Source: an uncultured delta proteobacterium
Lineage (GTDB): Bacteria; Desulfobacterota; Syntrophobacteria; BM002
Assembly: GCA_963712115.1 (NCBI GenBank)
Contig: CAVQGX010000057.1
Coordinates: forward strand, 1-34,042
DNA: 34,042 bases
Direction of reading: 5' to 3'
The first letter of the stretch is position 1. Every line of letters starts with the position of its first letter. Both the position numbers and the translations under genes were made by a program. The notes below the pieces were generated by a model that made no database searches, was not told where the DNA came from, and was given only the letters and a program-made list of their open reading frames with translations. Shown piece after piece: positions 1 through 9,173 of the stretch.

Positions 1-460
1 TCCACGTACCCCTCTTTGCCGGCAAGGTAATTTTGGAACCATTCACCCTTGGAAGAGAAATGGTTGACCACATAATCAAACATGAGCTGAAATCCTGGCC
101 GATGATAACTACATCGTCCCAGGATCCAAGCTCGGGGTTGATAGCGAGGAAGTCCATGACGGAAAATCCGTCATCGGAGGAGTAGGGGAAGAATGGCAAG
201 AAATGTATGGTTGAAATCGCATCCTTTATATAATTACTGGCAAAGTTGTGTAACGTAACCAGCGGCACTTCTCCCTCTCTTAACAAGGAGTCACCATAGG
301 TAATCAAGACTACGTCTTCTTGAGAAAAATAACCTTGTCCCTTACTTTTTTGGACCATGGTTTTTTCTATCAAAGGAACAATTCTTTTTAAGGCCGACTC
401 CCCTTCCCTCTCGCCGTAGATCCTTGTCAGAATACGTTTCACCCTATCGAAGTCAGCCAT
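1..460 (-). CDS. GH13_18 sugar phosphorylase (sucrose/glucosylglycerate phosphorylase family), 5' part, truncated by the window edge
   Basis: Not in the ORF track. Manual translation from ATG at 460 (AAGGGAG RBS upstream) gives MADFDRVKRIL...DVVLITYGDSL...TIHFLPFFPYSSDDGFSVMDF...LGSWDD...LMFDYVVNHFS, the LITYGD / HxLPFFPYSSDDGF / DxVxNH signature of GH13_18. Confidence 0.9.
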   Translation of the reverse strand, partial: MADFDRVKRILTRIYGEREGESALKRIVPLIEKTMVQKSKGQGYFSQEDVVLITYGDSLLREGEVPLVTLHNFASNYIKDAISTIHFLPFFPYSSDDGFSVMDFLAINPELGSWDDVVIIGQDFSSCLIMWSTISLPRVNGSKITLPAKRGTW

Positions 461-513
461 TGTCAGTCTCCCTTTATTACCAGTCCCCGCTCCGCAATTG
501 TGACCTTTTGCTC

Positions 514-620
514 GAGTAATGGAGCGATGGAGTACCGGAGTAATGATGAAGACTTATTAAAGTTGAAATCCCGGTTTAAGCTTTTTCCAACACTCCACTA
601 CTCCACTACTCCAATGTCCA
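514..620. repeat. Inverted pair of degenerate 8-nt repeat arrays (GGAGTAAT-like ... CCACTACT-like)
   Basis: gagtaatggagcgatggagtaccggagtaatg at 514-545; ccaacactccactactccactactccaat at about 587-615. Confidence 0.75.
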
Positions 621-686
621 AGACTCTCCTTTACCTCTCAGGTTTTCCGAATCAAGACCACTTCGATAACTGGATTAGACCTCCGC

Positions 687-1973
687 TTATCCAAACAGTT
701 CAGGATGTTTGATGGCGGCGATGTCGAGTCGCCTGCGTAAGACGTCGTAAGAGAAGAAACGTTTGCCCAACTCATAGTTATGATCCACCATCTCCCGACA
801 GAGCTTCGGATCTGCAAGAACCTGTTTTGTCTGTTCCACCGCATCTTTCGTCACATAACCATCGAGTTCTATTACAGAGAATCCTTTGGGCTTTATATCT
901 TTTGTGTAAATTGAATAGGTATTTACAGCTACCGGTTTACTGAAATAGATGGCTTCCAAAAATGCATTGCCGAAACCCTCAAAGGTGGAAGGATATGTTA
1001 CCAGGTCGGCATAGGGATAGACATCGTCGAGGGTGTAAATCTTCCTTCCATCATCAGTACGCCCCCTTTTTTCATTGATTATATCCGAGGCAAAGAGCAG
1101 ATCTACCTTGAGGAAATGTGCATATTCCTTGAGCCTTTCCTGATAATCGAAGCCCTCGTCACCCGCATCGTGGGAAATAACCAGCTTGGCTTTCATCCCC
1201 AGCCTACAAACCAATTCTATGGCATGCTCAATCCCCTTTCGCTTAACAACTCGAGTAGGCTGAAGGACAAATAACTCATCATCTGCAATTCCTATGGCCT
1301 GTCTAACATCAAAAGTGTAATCATCGGGAGGTGGCGGTGGATTTTCAAAATCCATAATATTGGGAACGACCCGTCCTGAAATGCCAGTCCTGAGACTTAA
1401 CTGTTCATTAGCAAAAGAATTTATCACCAAGTGATTGAGGGTGGGCAAATTCGGCGGAAAGGCCATATTCAAGTAATCGGCAACAGCGTTTATGCTGAAC
1501 CGGTCACGCTCCCAGTAAAAATCGTGGTGGTGGGCCACGGCGGGCATCCCTGTTTCCGCAATCACCTCGGTGATGGCAAGGCCCAGAGGAATATTCATCG
1601 GGATGGTAAGAGAATTTTCCGGCATCAACAGATCTATCTTGAATTGCTCTATAAAGGAATAGAGATCATCCTTGAGTCTCCTTTTAATCTCTTGAATCTT
1701 ACTGGTTAGTGAACGAGAACGGGTGGATACACCGAAGCAGGCTTGCTGAATGTCTTGGATCTCGGGATGGTTGAAATGGGCTTGTTCGGCTAGATATGAT
1801 CGCGCTGGGGGACGGTCCAACTCCCCGGCGAAATAGTAACAGGTAAGACCTCGCTCCTCCATAACCTGCACCCATTTTTCAGACTCCAGGGAAACCCCGT
1901 CTGTCCCCGCCAACCGGGTGGACAAGATGCCAACTCTTTTTACCCTGCTCCTGCCCCACATGCCATATTCCAT
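687..1973 (-). CDS. Glycosyltransferase family 4, resembling the MggA (mannosylglucosyl-phosphoglycerate synthase)-like group
   Basis: N-terminal GTDGVSLE.EKW, HHHDFYWER, PTRVVKRKGIEHA and GT-B EGFGNAFLEA (EX7E) motif. The subgroup assignment is from memory of the family. Confidence 0.85.
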   Translation of the reverse strand: MEYGMWGRSRVKRVGILSTRLAGTDGVSLESEKWVQVMEERGLTCYYFAGELDRPPARSYLAEQAHFNHPEIQDIQQACFGVSTRSRSLTSKIQEIKRRLKDDLYSFIEQFKIDLLMPENSLTIPMNIPLGLAITEVIAETGMPAVAHHHDFYWERDRFSINAVADYLNMAFPPNLPTLNHLVINSFANEQLSLRTGISGRVVPNIMDFENPPPPPDDYTFDVRQAIGIADDELFVLQPTRVVKRKGIEHAIELVCRLGMKAKLVISHDAGDEGFDYQERLKEYAHFLKVDLLFASDIINEKRGRTDDGRKIYTLDDVYPYADLVTYPSTFEGFGNAFLEAIYFSKPVAVNTYSIYTKDIKPKGFSVIELDGYVTKDAVEQTKQVLADPKLCREMVDHNYELGKRFFSYDVLRRRLDIAAIKHPELFG

Positions 1974-1983
1974 CTTGTCCTCC

Positions 1984-3630
1984 TTACTCGGTTCGCATTC
2001 TCTTAAAGTAGTTGATCAGGCCATTGGTGGAAGAATCATGGGAAGATATAGATCCGTCTCCTTCGAGTTCCGGCTCAATTACTCTAGCCAACTGCTTGCC
2101 CAGCTCCACACCCATCTGGTCAAATGAGTTTATCTTCCAGATGACACCCTGGGTAAAGATCTTGTGTTCATAGAGGGCAATGAGCGAACCCAATGTTTCT
2201 GGCGTGAGTTCCTTGAAAAGAAATGAGTTAGTAGGTCTGTTCCCCTCGAAAGTCTTGGCCGGTACGAGCCGCTCTAACTCATGCCCAGACAGGCCTGAAG
2301 CTGTGAGTTCGGCTCTCACTTCTTCCTCAGTCTTTCCTTTCATCAGTGCCTCAGTCTGGGCCAGGAAGTTGGCGATGAGAATGGTGTGGTGGTTGCCCAT
2401 GGGGTTGTGGCTTAGAGCCGGGGCCAAAAAATCGCAGGGGATCAGCTTGGTACCCTGATGGATTAGTTGATAGAAGGCGTGTTGTCCGTTGGTTCCCGGC
2501 TCACCCCAGATGATGGGACCGGTTGAGTAGTTCACCTTCTCCCCTTCTTTGGTCACACCTTTTCCATTGCTTTCCATATCACCTTGCTGAAAATAGGCTG
2601 GAAAGCGGTACATGTACTGGTCGTAGGGCAAAATGGCATGGGTCTCAGCGCCAAAAAAATTGTTGTACCAGATTCCCAGTAATCCCATAAGCACCGGGAT
2701 GTTCTCCTCAAAGGGTGTGGTGCGAAAGTGCTCGTCAACCTTGTGGGCCCCACTCAGAAGTTCTTCGAAGCGGGCCATGCCAACTGAGAGCACAATCGGC
2801 AGGCCAATGGCAGACCACAAGGAATAGCGACCACCTACCCAGTCCCAAAACTCAAACATATTATTCGGATCGATCCCAAAATTGGACACTTCAGTAGTGT
2901 TAGTGGAAACGGCGACGAAATGCTTGGCAACTGCCCCTTCATTCTTGGCTTCAGCAAGAAACCACTCCCTGGCGGAGATGGCGTTGGTCATGGTCTCCTG
3001 GGTAGTGAAGGTCTTGGAGGCAATAATGACTAGGGTGGTCTGAGGACTGACTCGCTTAAGCGTTTCTGCCAGATGCGTACCGTCGATATTAGAAACAAAA
3101 TGTGAGCGCATCTTAGGATGAGAATAGTGGGCCAGTGCCGCGGTTACCATTTGCGGCCCCAAATCAGAGCCGCCAATACCAATATTTACCACATCGGTCA
3201 TGGCCTTGCCCGTATACCCCTGCCACTCTCCCGATCGAACATAGTCACTGAAAAGCCTCATCTTTTCGAGAACACTATTGACCTCGGGCATAACATTCTT
3301 GCCGTCAACCAAAATCGGCCTATCTGAGCGATTACGCAGAGCAACATGGAGGACAGCCCGACCCTCGGTTTTATTGATCTTCTCCCCGGAGAACATGGCC
3401 TCGATCATCTCAGCAAGGCCTGCTTGTCGCGCCAATTCTATAAGCAGATCAATGGTCTTTTGGGTAATCCGGTTCTTGGAGTAGTCGAATAGGATATCAT
3501 CGAGACGTAGTGAGAACTTCTCAAAGCGTCCGGGATTACTGGTAAATAGATCCCGCATATGTAGGCCGGAGATCTCCTGATAGTGTTCTTCTAGATCCTT
3601 CCAAGCTGGTACTTGGGTCACGGGTGGCAT
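1984..3630 (-). CDS. pgi: Glucose-6-phosphate isomerase
   Basis: [53 protein letters not shown] motifs; 548 aa. Confidence 0.98.
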   Translation of the reverse strand: MPPVTQVPAWKDLEEHYQEISGLHMRDLFTSNPGRFEKFSLRLDDILFDYSKNRITQKTIDLLIELARQAGLAEMIEAMFSGEKINKTEGRAVLHVALRNRSDRPILVDGKNVMPEVNSVLEKMRLFSDYVRSGEWQGYTGKAMTDVVNIGIGGSDLGPQMVTAALAHYSHPKMRSHFVSNIDGTHLAETLKRVSPQTTLVIIASKTFTTQETMTNAISAREWFLAEAKNEGAVAKHFVAVSTNTTEVSNFGIDPNNMFEFWDWVGGRYSLWSAIGLPIVLSVGMARFEELLSGAHKVDEHFRTTPFEENIPVLMGLLGIWYNNFFGAETHAILPYDQYMYRFPAYFQQGDMESNGKGVTKEGEKVNYSTGPIIWGEPGTNGQHAFYQLIHQGTKLIPCDFLAPALSHNPMGNHHTILIANFLAQTEALMKGKTEEEVRAELTASGLSGHELERLVPAKTFEGNRPTNSFLFKELTPETLGSLIALYEHKIFTQGVIWKINSFDQMGVELGKQLARVIEPELEGDGSISSHDSSTNGLINYFKRMRTE

Positions 3631-3635
3631 GGTAT

Positions 3636-5720
3636 TTATCCCTTTCTTCTCTCAAAAACCACAACGCTCCGCGGCTGCACAGTGTATAAACAGTTTCTCA
3701 CTGCAGGCTGCTCAGGTGGTTCCAAGATATCTGCTGGTGGGTCTTGGTAGGTGTCCACTGCTCTAAACCAGGCGGAGTTGGGGATTGGAGGCAACTCCGT
3801 CTGCTCGGAACTTTCCGACATATTGAGTACTACATGAATGTCTTCCTCGCTCTCTGAAACTGCGCTGAGAGCGAAGGCAAGAAGTTGAGCGTTGGGATCA
3901 TCCCACGGGGGCTCATTGACTTTGGCGCCATGCCAGGTCACGTCGGGAAAATGGTGGCCTTTCTGTTTTTCGCCTCTCAGAAATCGATTCCGCCTGAGAC
4001 AGGCGTGACGTTTGCGAAAGGCAATCATCTGCTTGACAAAGCGGAACATATCCTTGTTTTGTTCGGTCAAGGTCCAGTCGAACCAGCCTAACTCGTTGTC
4101 CTGGCAGTATGCATTGTTGTTGCCGCGCTGACTTCTGAGCACCTCATCGCCTGCAAGGAGCATGGGCACACCCTGACTGAGCAGGAGGATGGCCATGAAA
4201 TTCTTCGCCTGCCGTCTGCGGAGTGAAAGAATTCGGGGATCCTTTGTTTTTCCCTCCTGCCCACAGTTCCAGCTCAAATTGTCACTGGTCCCATCGCGAT
4301 TGTCTTCGCCGTTGGCCTTATTGTGCTTTTCGTTGTAGCTGACAAGGTCGTAGAGGGTGAAGCCGTCATGACAGGCCACAAAGTTGATACTATTGATCGG
4401 CAATCTTCCATGGGGCTGATATAAATCGCTACTGCCGCTGAGTCTGGTTGCGATCTCTCCCACCAGCCCTTTTTCGCCACGGACGAACCTCCGGATCACA
4501 TCGCGGTATCTACCGTTCCACTCTGCCCAGCGGAAACCGGGAAAAGCTCCAACCTGATAGAGCCCAGCGGCATCCCAGGCTTCCGCGATGATTCTGGTGT
4601 GCGCTAGCACATCCGAGAGCTCGATGCTCCAGAGAACAGGCGGATGCTGCATGGGACTGCCGTCCTCACCGCGGGCCAGGACACTGGCCAGATCAAAGCG
4701 GAAGCCATCTACGTGCATCTCACGAACCCAGTATTCCAGACACTCGACAATAAATGTGGCTACCAGTGGATGGTTGCAGTTGACTGTATTGCCGCATCCG
4801 GTGTAGTCGCGATAGACACTACGGTCTCTGGGGTCGAGATGGTAGAATGTTTGGTTGCCGAAACCTTTGAAGTTGATGGTGGGGCCACCCGCACCTCCTT
4901 CGGCGGTGTGATTGAAAACCACATCCAGGATAACCCCGATACCCGCTTTGTGCAGAGCCTTGACCATGTCCCGGAATTCTTTAAGATGTGATCCCTCCTT
5001 TGGTGTAATGCAGTAGCCTGGATGGGGACTGAAGAAGCTGTGTGTGCTGTAACCCCAGTAATTCTTTAATCCTCTTCTGGCAACTCCCTCAGGCACATCT
5101 TGCTCGTCAAAGGCCATAATGGGCATCAACTCGACATCGGTGACTCCGAGCTCCTTGAGGTAGGGAATTTTCTCTATCACCCCGGCGAATGTACCTGGAT
5201 TGGCAACATTCGACGAAGGGTGCCGGGTAAATCCACCAACATGCAGTTCATAGATAATGGTGTTTTCCAATGAGTGGTTTAGCGCTTCATCCCCCTCCCA
5301 ACTGTAAGTCCGCTCAACCACAACACACCGCATGGATGCACTGCAGTCACCTTCTGCTTGGCTGATGCGTTTACGATCCCAGAATTCCTGGGTGACGGCG
5401 CGAGCCCAGGGATCCAATAACTCCCTGTGTTTGTTGAACCTAAAACCTGATTTGCGGGTGTCGTCTGGCCCGTCAACTCGCCAGCTGTAGTGAGTTCCCA
5501 CCGGTAGATCTTCCACAAAAACATGCCAGGAATAAAACGTCCGATTCAGTTCAGGATCCAGCTGGATTACCTGGAAAGGCGCGGGACTGTCTGCATGCTC
5601 ATAGAGCAGCAATTCCACGGTCGTAGCATGGCCGCTCAAGGTAGAGAAGTTAACCCCTTCGGAATCCACTGTTGCCCCAGGGGGATAGCGCGACCCGGGT
5701 CGAATGTTGTATTTTTTCAC
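3636..5720 (-). CDS. glgX: Glycogen debranching enzyme / isoamylase (GH13_11)
   Basis: [70 protein letters not shown]; GTG start. Confidence 0.96.
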   Translation of the reverse strand: MKKYNIRPGSRYPPGATVDSEGVNFSTLSGHATTVELLLYEHADSPAPFQVIQLDPELNRTFYSWHVFVEDLPVGTHYSWRVDGPDDTRKSGFRFNKHRELLDPWARAVTQEFWDRKRISQAEGDCSASMRCVVVERTYSWEGDEALNHSLENTIIYELHVGGFTRHPSSNVANPGTFAGVIEKIPYLKELGVTDVELMPIMAFDEQDVPEGVARRGLKNYWGYSTHSFFSPHPGYCITPKEGSHLKEFRDMVKALHKAGIGVILDVVFNHTAEGGAGGPTINFKGFGNQTFYHLDPRDRSVYRDYTGCGNTVNCNHPLVATFIVECLEYWVREMHVDGFRFDLASVLARGEDGSPMQHPPVLWSIELSDVLAHTRIIAEAWDAAGLYQVGAFPGFRWAEWNGRYRDVIRRFVRGEKGLVGEIATRLSGSSDLYQPHGRLPINSINFVACHDGFTLYDLVSYNEKHNKANGEDNRDGTSDNLSWNCGQEGKTKDPRILSLRRRQAKNFMAILLLSQGVPMLLAGDEVLRSQRGNNNAYCQDNELGWFDWTLTEQNKDMFRFVKQMIAFRKRHACLRRNRFLRGEKQKGHHFPDVTWHGAKVNEPPWDDPNAQLLAFALSAVSESEEDIHVVLNMSESSEQTELPPIPNSAWFRAVDTYQDPPADILEPPEQPAVRNCLYTVQPRSVVVFERRKG

Positions 5721-5743
5721 AAGTCAATCCTTCACACTGTAGA

Positions 5744-5815
5744 CTATTCTAGATTGATGGGAAAAGGTTTCACCTTCCAGATGTCCTCGCAGTATTCACG
5801 CATCGACCGGTCGGT
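5744..5815 (-). pseudogene. glgP: 3'-terminal remnant of glycogen/starch phosphorylase
   Basis: Minus-strand translation TDRSMREYCEDIWKVKPFPINLE* matches the GlgP C-terminal SDRxxxEYxxxIW motif. An in-frame TAA lies upstream at 5831-5833, and there is no further homology. Confidence 0.7.
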
Positions 5816-5891
5816 TGGGCGTTCTTGACATTAAAATCCGGTAACTCGAAAGAGCCTAGACTTCATTCTGAAATCCGCAATCCAAAATCTC

Positions 5892-7322
5892 CTATTTCCG
5901 TCTCAGGTCGATGATCTCCATTCGATTATTTGCTTCCGGATGCTCGGGTGACGGTCCAGCGGATAGGATTACCAGATCTCCTTCCAATCCGTGCGCTTGC
6001 ACCCAGTCCCTGGCAAAAAGGTTCCAGTTCTCCACCGTCTCAGGGACATGCAGAGGATGAACGCCATAGGAAAATTGCAGTTTCTGGCAGGTCTTCTCGT
6101 CCGAGCTAACGGCGGCTATCCAAATGGGAAGCCTGAAACGGGCTATACTACGAGCGGACGCGCCCGTTAGGCTAGGAACGATCACAGCTGCCGGGGAGAC
6201 GGTTTCCACCGCAGTCTCAACACTCAAAGCAAGAAGATCTGTCAGTCTGACATTGCAATCGAGGCCGCACTGTTTGAGCTCCTCACGAGCCCTATATGCG
6301 GGACGGTGTGGCTCGGTGGCAGCGGCTATTTTTACCAGCATGGCTGTAGCCTCCACAGGATAACTTCCCATGGCCGACTCCTCGGAGAGCATTACACAGT
6401 CAGTACCGTCCAGAATGGCATTGGCCACATCCGTAGACTCCGCCCGGGTAGGACGGCGGTTCACCGTCATCGACTCCAGCATCTGGGTGGCGGTGATTAC
6501 AGGTTTCCCCAGGAGGTTCGCTCTCCTTATTATCTCCTTCTGGGCTATGGCTATTTGCTCTATTGGTATTTCCACTCCCAAATCCCCACGGGCTACCATA
6601 ATTCCATCTGCAGCTTCTAGGATATCCTCCAAGTGATCCCGCGCCCTTGAGCGCTCGAGCTTGGCGATAATGAAGGGGTTGTGTCCCAAGGCGGCAGCAG
6701 CTTGTCTGACAGCCATAATGTCTGCTGCCGACTCCACGAAAGACTGGCTAACCGCGTCTACTCCTTGTTCCAGGGAGAACTTTAGACATTCATGGTCTCG
6801 CTCGGTAAAAGCGCTCATACCGAGATCTATACCAGGCAAATTCAGCCCTTTTCGAGACCACAATTCACCGCCCACCAAGACCCGACAAAAGACATGGTTG
6901 TCTTCAACGGACACAACTTCCAGCTGAATAAGTCCATCATTGAGAAACAGTGTGTTTCCGGGCTCTACAGCTCGAGGGAGTCGATCAAATGAAACTGATA
7001 CCCCTTTACTATCGCCAACCCCTGCGCCTACTGTGAGAGTGAAAGGCTCACCTGCTTTCAGCTCGATGGGCTCCTCAGCAAGCTCCCCAATACGCATCTT
7101 CGGGCCAGGCAAATCGGCCATGATGGCGACCCGTCGCCCCACCGCCTGGGCAGCAGCGCGGATATTCTCAATTACCTTCTTATGACTGGCAAAGTCCCCA
7201 TGTGAGAGGTTTAGACGGGCCACATTCATACCGGCTAGAATCATCTTCTCCAGAACCTCAGGAGATTCTGACGCCGGCCCGATAGTACAGACAATCTTGG
7301 TCTTGTTGGGCGGAAGTGTCAT
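5892..7322 (-). CDS. pyk: Pyruvate kinase (DLPGPK, K+-independent type)
   Basis: TKIVCTIGPAS, ARLNLSHG, GIMVARGDLGVE, ATQMLESM, PTRAESTDVANAILDG. The start is probably the second ATG (7322, GAGG upstream) rather than 7337. Confidence 0.97.
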   Translation of the reverse strand: MTLPPNKTKIVCTIGPASESPEVLEKMILAGMNVARLNLSHGDFASHKKVIENIRAAAQAVGRRVAIMADLPGPKMRIGELAEEPIELKAGEPFTLTVGAGVGDSKGVSVSFDRLPRAVEPGNTLFLNDGLIQLEVVSVEDNHVFCRVLVGGELWSRKGLNLPGIDLGMSAFTERDHECLKFSLEQGVDAVSQSFVESAADIMAVRQAAAALGHNPFIIAKLERSRARDHLEDILEAADGIMVARGDLGVEIPIEQIAIAQKEIIRRANLLGKPVITATQMLESMTVNRRPTRAESTDVANAILDGTDCVMLSEESAMGSYPVEATAMLVKIAAATEPHRPAYRAREELKQCGLDCNVRLTDLLALSVETAVETVSPAAVIVPSLTGASARSIARFRLPIWIAAVSSDEKTCQKLQFSYGVHPLHVPETVENWNLFARDWVQAHGLEGDLVILSAGPSPEHPEANNRMEIIDLRRK

Positions 7323-7333
7323 GCACAGAACCC

Positions 7334-9163
7334 TCATTTAAGAGGAAAAAGTAGCGGCACAACCAGCAAGGTAACCACCATGGCCAGAACCTGTAGCGGC
7401 ACGCCTACCTTAATAAAATCATTAAATTTATATCCGCCTGGCCCAAGAACCAGAGTATTCACCGGCGATGCCACCGGGGTTGAGAAAGCTGTCGAGGCGG
7501 CCAGGGCCACAGTCATCAGGAAAGGATAAAGCGAAACCCCCGCCTCCATGGCAGTGCCAACGGCAATGGGGGCAACCAATACGGTAGTAGCGGTATTGGA
7601 AATAAACTGACTAAAAATAGAAGTAATGACAAACAAACCCGCCATCAGAGCTATGGGACCAAATTCGCCCAGGCTTTCCGTAAGGGTGTTGACGATTAAC
7701 TCTACTCCTCCGGTCTTTTCCAGAACTGTGGCCATGGGTAGCATTCCAGCAATAAGCACCAAGCTTTCCCAGTTCACCGACCTGTAGGCATCTTTCATGC
7801 TCACACAGCCGACAAGGACCATGGCCAATGCTGCCAGCAAGACCGCGGTAACTGCATCCACAAGCTTGAAGGTCATCAGCAGCATCATGCCCAAGGTGAC
7901 CGTCAGGGCCCAGGGGGCTTTACTTCGATTTGGGGCAACCTCGCTCATTTCTTTGGGCAGATTCAAAACCAGGAAGTCCTTTTGCCTGCCTTGCAAAAGA
8001 TCGATTTGAGTCCAGCCTCCACCCATTAGAAGTGAATCTCCGAAAGCAAGAGCAGTTTCAATCAACTCTTTCTTCAACGGCTCACCCTGGCGTAAAACGG
8101 CAAGAACAGACAAACCGTATCGCTCGCGAAAGCGAGCTTCGCTAAGAGTCTTGCCGACGACTTCGGACCTTGGTGCCAACAGCACCTCCACTAGCCCAAG
8201 TTCTTGAGCCGCAACTTTGCTCTGCCCCTCCCCGATCTCCAACCTCTCCAACTCTTCAGCCTTTACCAGCCTGTCCACCTCCTCATCGGTGCCAACCACG
8301 TAGATGATGTCCCCTGCCCTGAACTGCGTACCGATAAGGGCGGGCTTCACCGTCTTAGTGCGGCGCTGCTGCCGTTCTACCCCGAGCACGGTTACGCCAT
8401 ATCTGGTTCGCAGCAGGGCTTGGCCCACAGTCTTGCCTTCCAAAGCTGAACCGGCCCATAGGCGCAAGCGGTGTAACTGATTAGTAACGTTATAAATCTC
8501 GGCAAGGTCTATCAGGGAGAGACGGTCTTTTGCTGCGCCCTCCACCCCTTCCCCCCGGGGAAGTGAGCGACGCCCGAACAGCATTATGTATGCAATTCCA
8601 ACAAGCAGAACCAGCAGACCAATGGGGGTAAAGTCGAAAAATCCGAAGGATTCTAAACCCTCCCTGGCCAACTGGGTGCTCACCACCAGGTTGGGCGGGG
8701 TGCCGATCAGGGTCAACATCCCGCCAATGAGCGAGGCAAAGGCCAGGGGCATCATCAGCCGTGAAGGACTTGAGCCGACCTTGGCTGCCAAATTAAGAGC
8801 TACCGGGATAAATATGGCAACAGCCCCAGTGGAGCTCATAAATGCGGAAAGACCAGCCACCACCAGCATCAACAGGATCAACAGACGGCTTTCATTGGTT
8901 CCGGCAACGCTCATCAGCCAGTCGCCAATGGCGTATGCCACGCCTGTTCGAAAAAGCGCCTCCCCCACCACAAAGAGACCTGCAATCAACAATACCACGG
9001 GGTCACCAAAACCAGCCAGGGCAGCGGTCGGTGAGAGCAAGCCACTGAGTATCAGAGTTATTATGACCATGATGGCCACCACATCCAGCCGAAACAAGCC
9101 GCTAACAAATAGGATTATGGTGATCAGCAACAGGCCAAAAACAAACAGGATTTCACCTGTCAT
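7334..9163 (-). CDS. SLC13/DASS-like (CitMHS) permease with two TrkA-C (RCK_C) domains
   Basis: Hydrophobic N- and C-halves with GGMLTLIGTPPNL, SQFISNTAT, TPVASPVN and GGYKFNDF motifs. The central soluble part has two GKT...LRxRYGxxVL repeats. Confidence 0.9.
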   Translation of the reverse strand: MTGEILFVFGLLLITIILFVSGLFRLDVVAIMVIITLILSGLLSPTAALAGFGDPVVLLIAGLFVVGEALFRTGVAYAIGDWLMSVAGTNESRLLILLMLVVAGLSAFMSSTGAVAIFIPVALNLAAKVGSSPSRLMMPLAFASLIGGMLTLIGTPPNLVVSTQLAREGLESFGFFDFTPIGLLVLLVGIAYIMLFGRRSLPRGEGVEGAAKDRLSLIDLAEIYNVTNQLHRLRLWAGSALEGKTVGQALLRTRYGVTVLGVERQQRRTKTVKPALIGTQFRAGDIIYVVGTDEEVDRLVKAEELERLEIGEGQSKVAAQELGLVEVLLAPRSEVVGKTLSEARFRERYGLSVLAVLRQGEPLKKELIETALAFGDSLLMGGGWTQIDLLQGRQKDFLVLNLPKEMSEVAPNRSKAPWALTVTLGMMLLMTFKLVDAVTAVLLAALAMVLVGCVSMKDAYRSVNWESLVLIAGMLPMATVLEKTGGVELIVNTLTESLGEFGPIALMAGLFVITSIFSQFISNTATTVLVAPIAVGTAMEAGVSLYPFLMTVALAASTAFSTPVASPVNTLVLGPGGYKFNDFIKVGVPLQVLAMVVTLLVVPLLFPLK

Positions 9164-9173
9164 TAAGTTTCCC

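Noticed and set aside
500-712. Short ORFs over repeat arrays (500-712, 12269-12466, 29000-29247, 20189-20398)
   Set aside because: The peptides (LHYSTTP, FDICDLVIW, HEGHKEHE, SQRTEDR) are translations of the periodic repeats, not credible genes.
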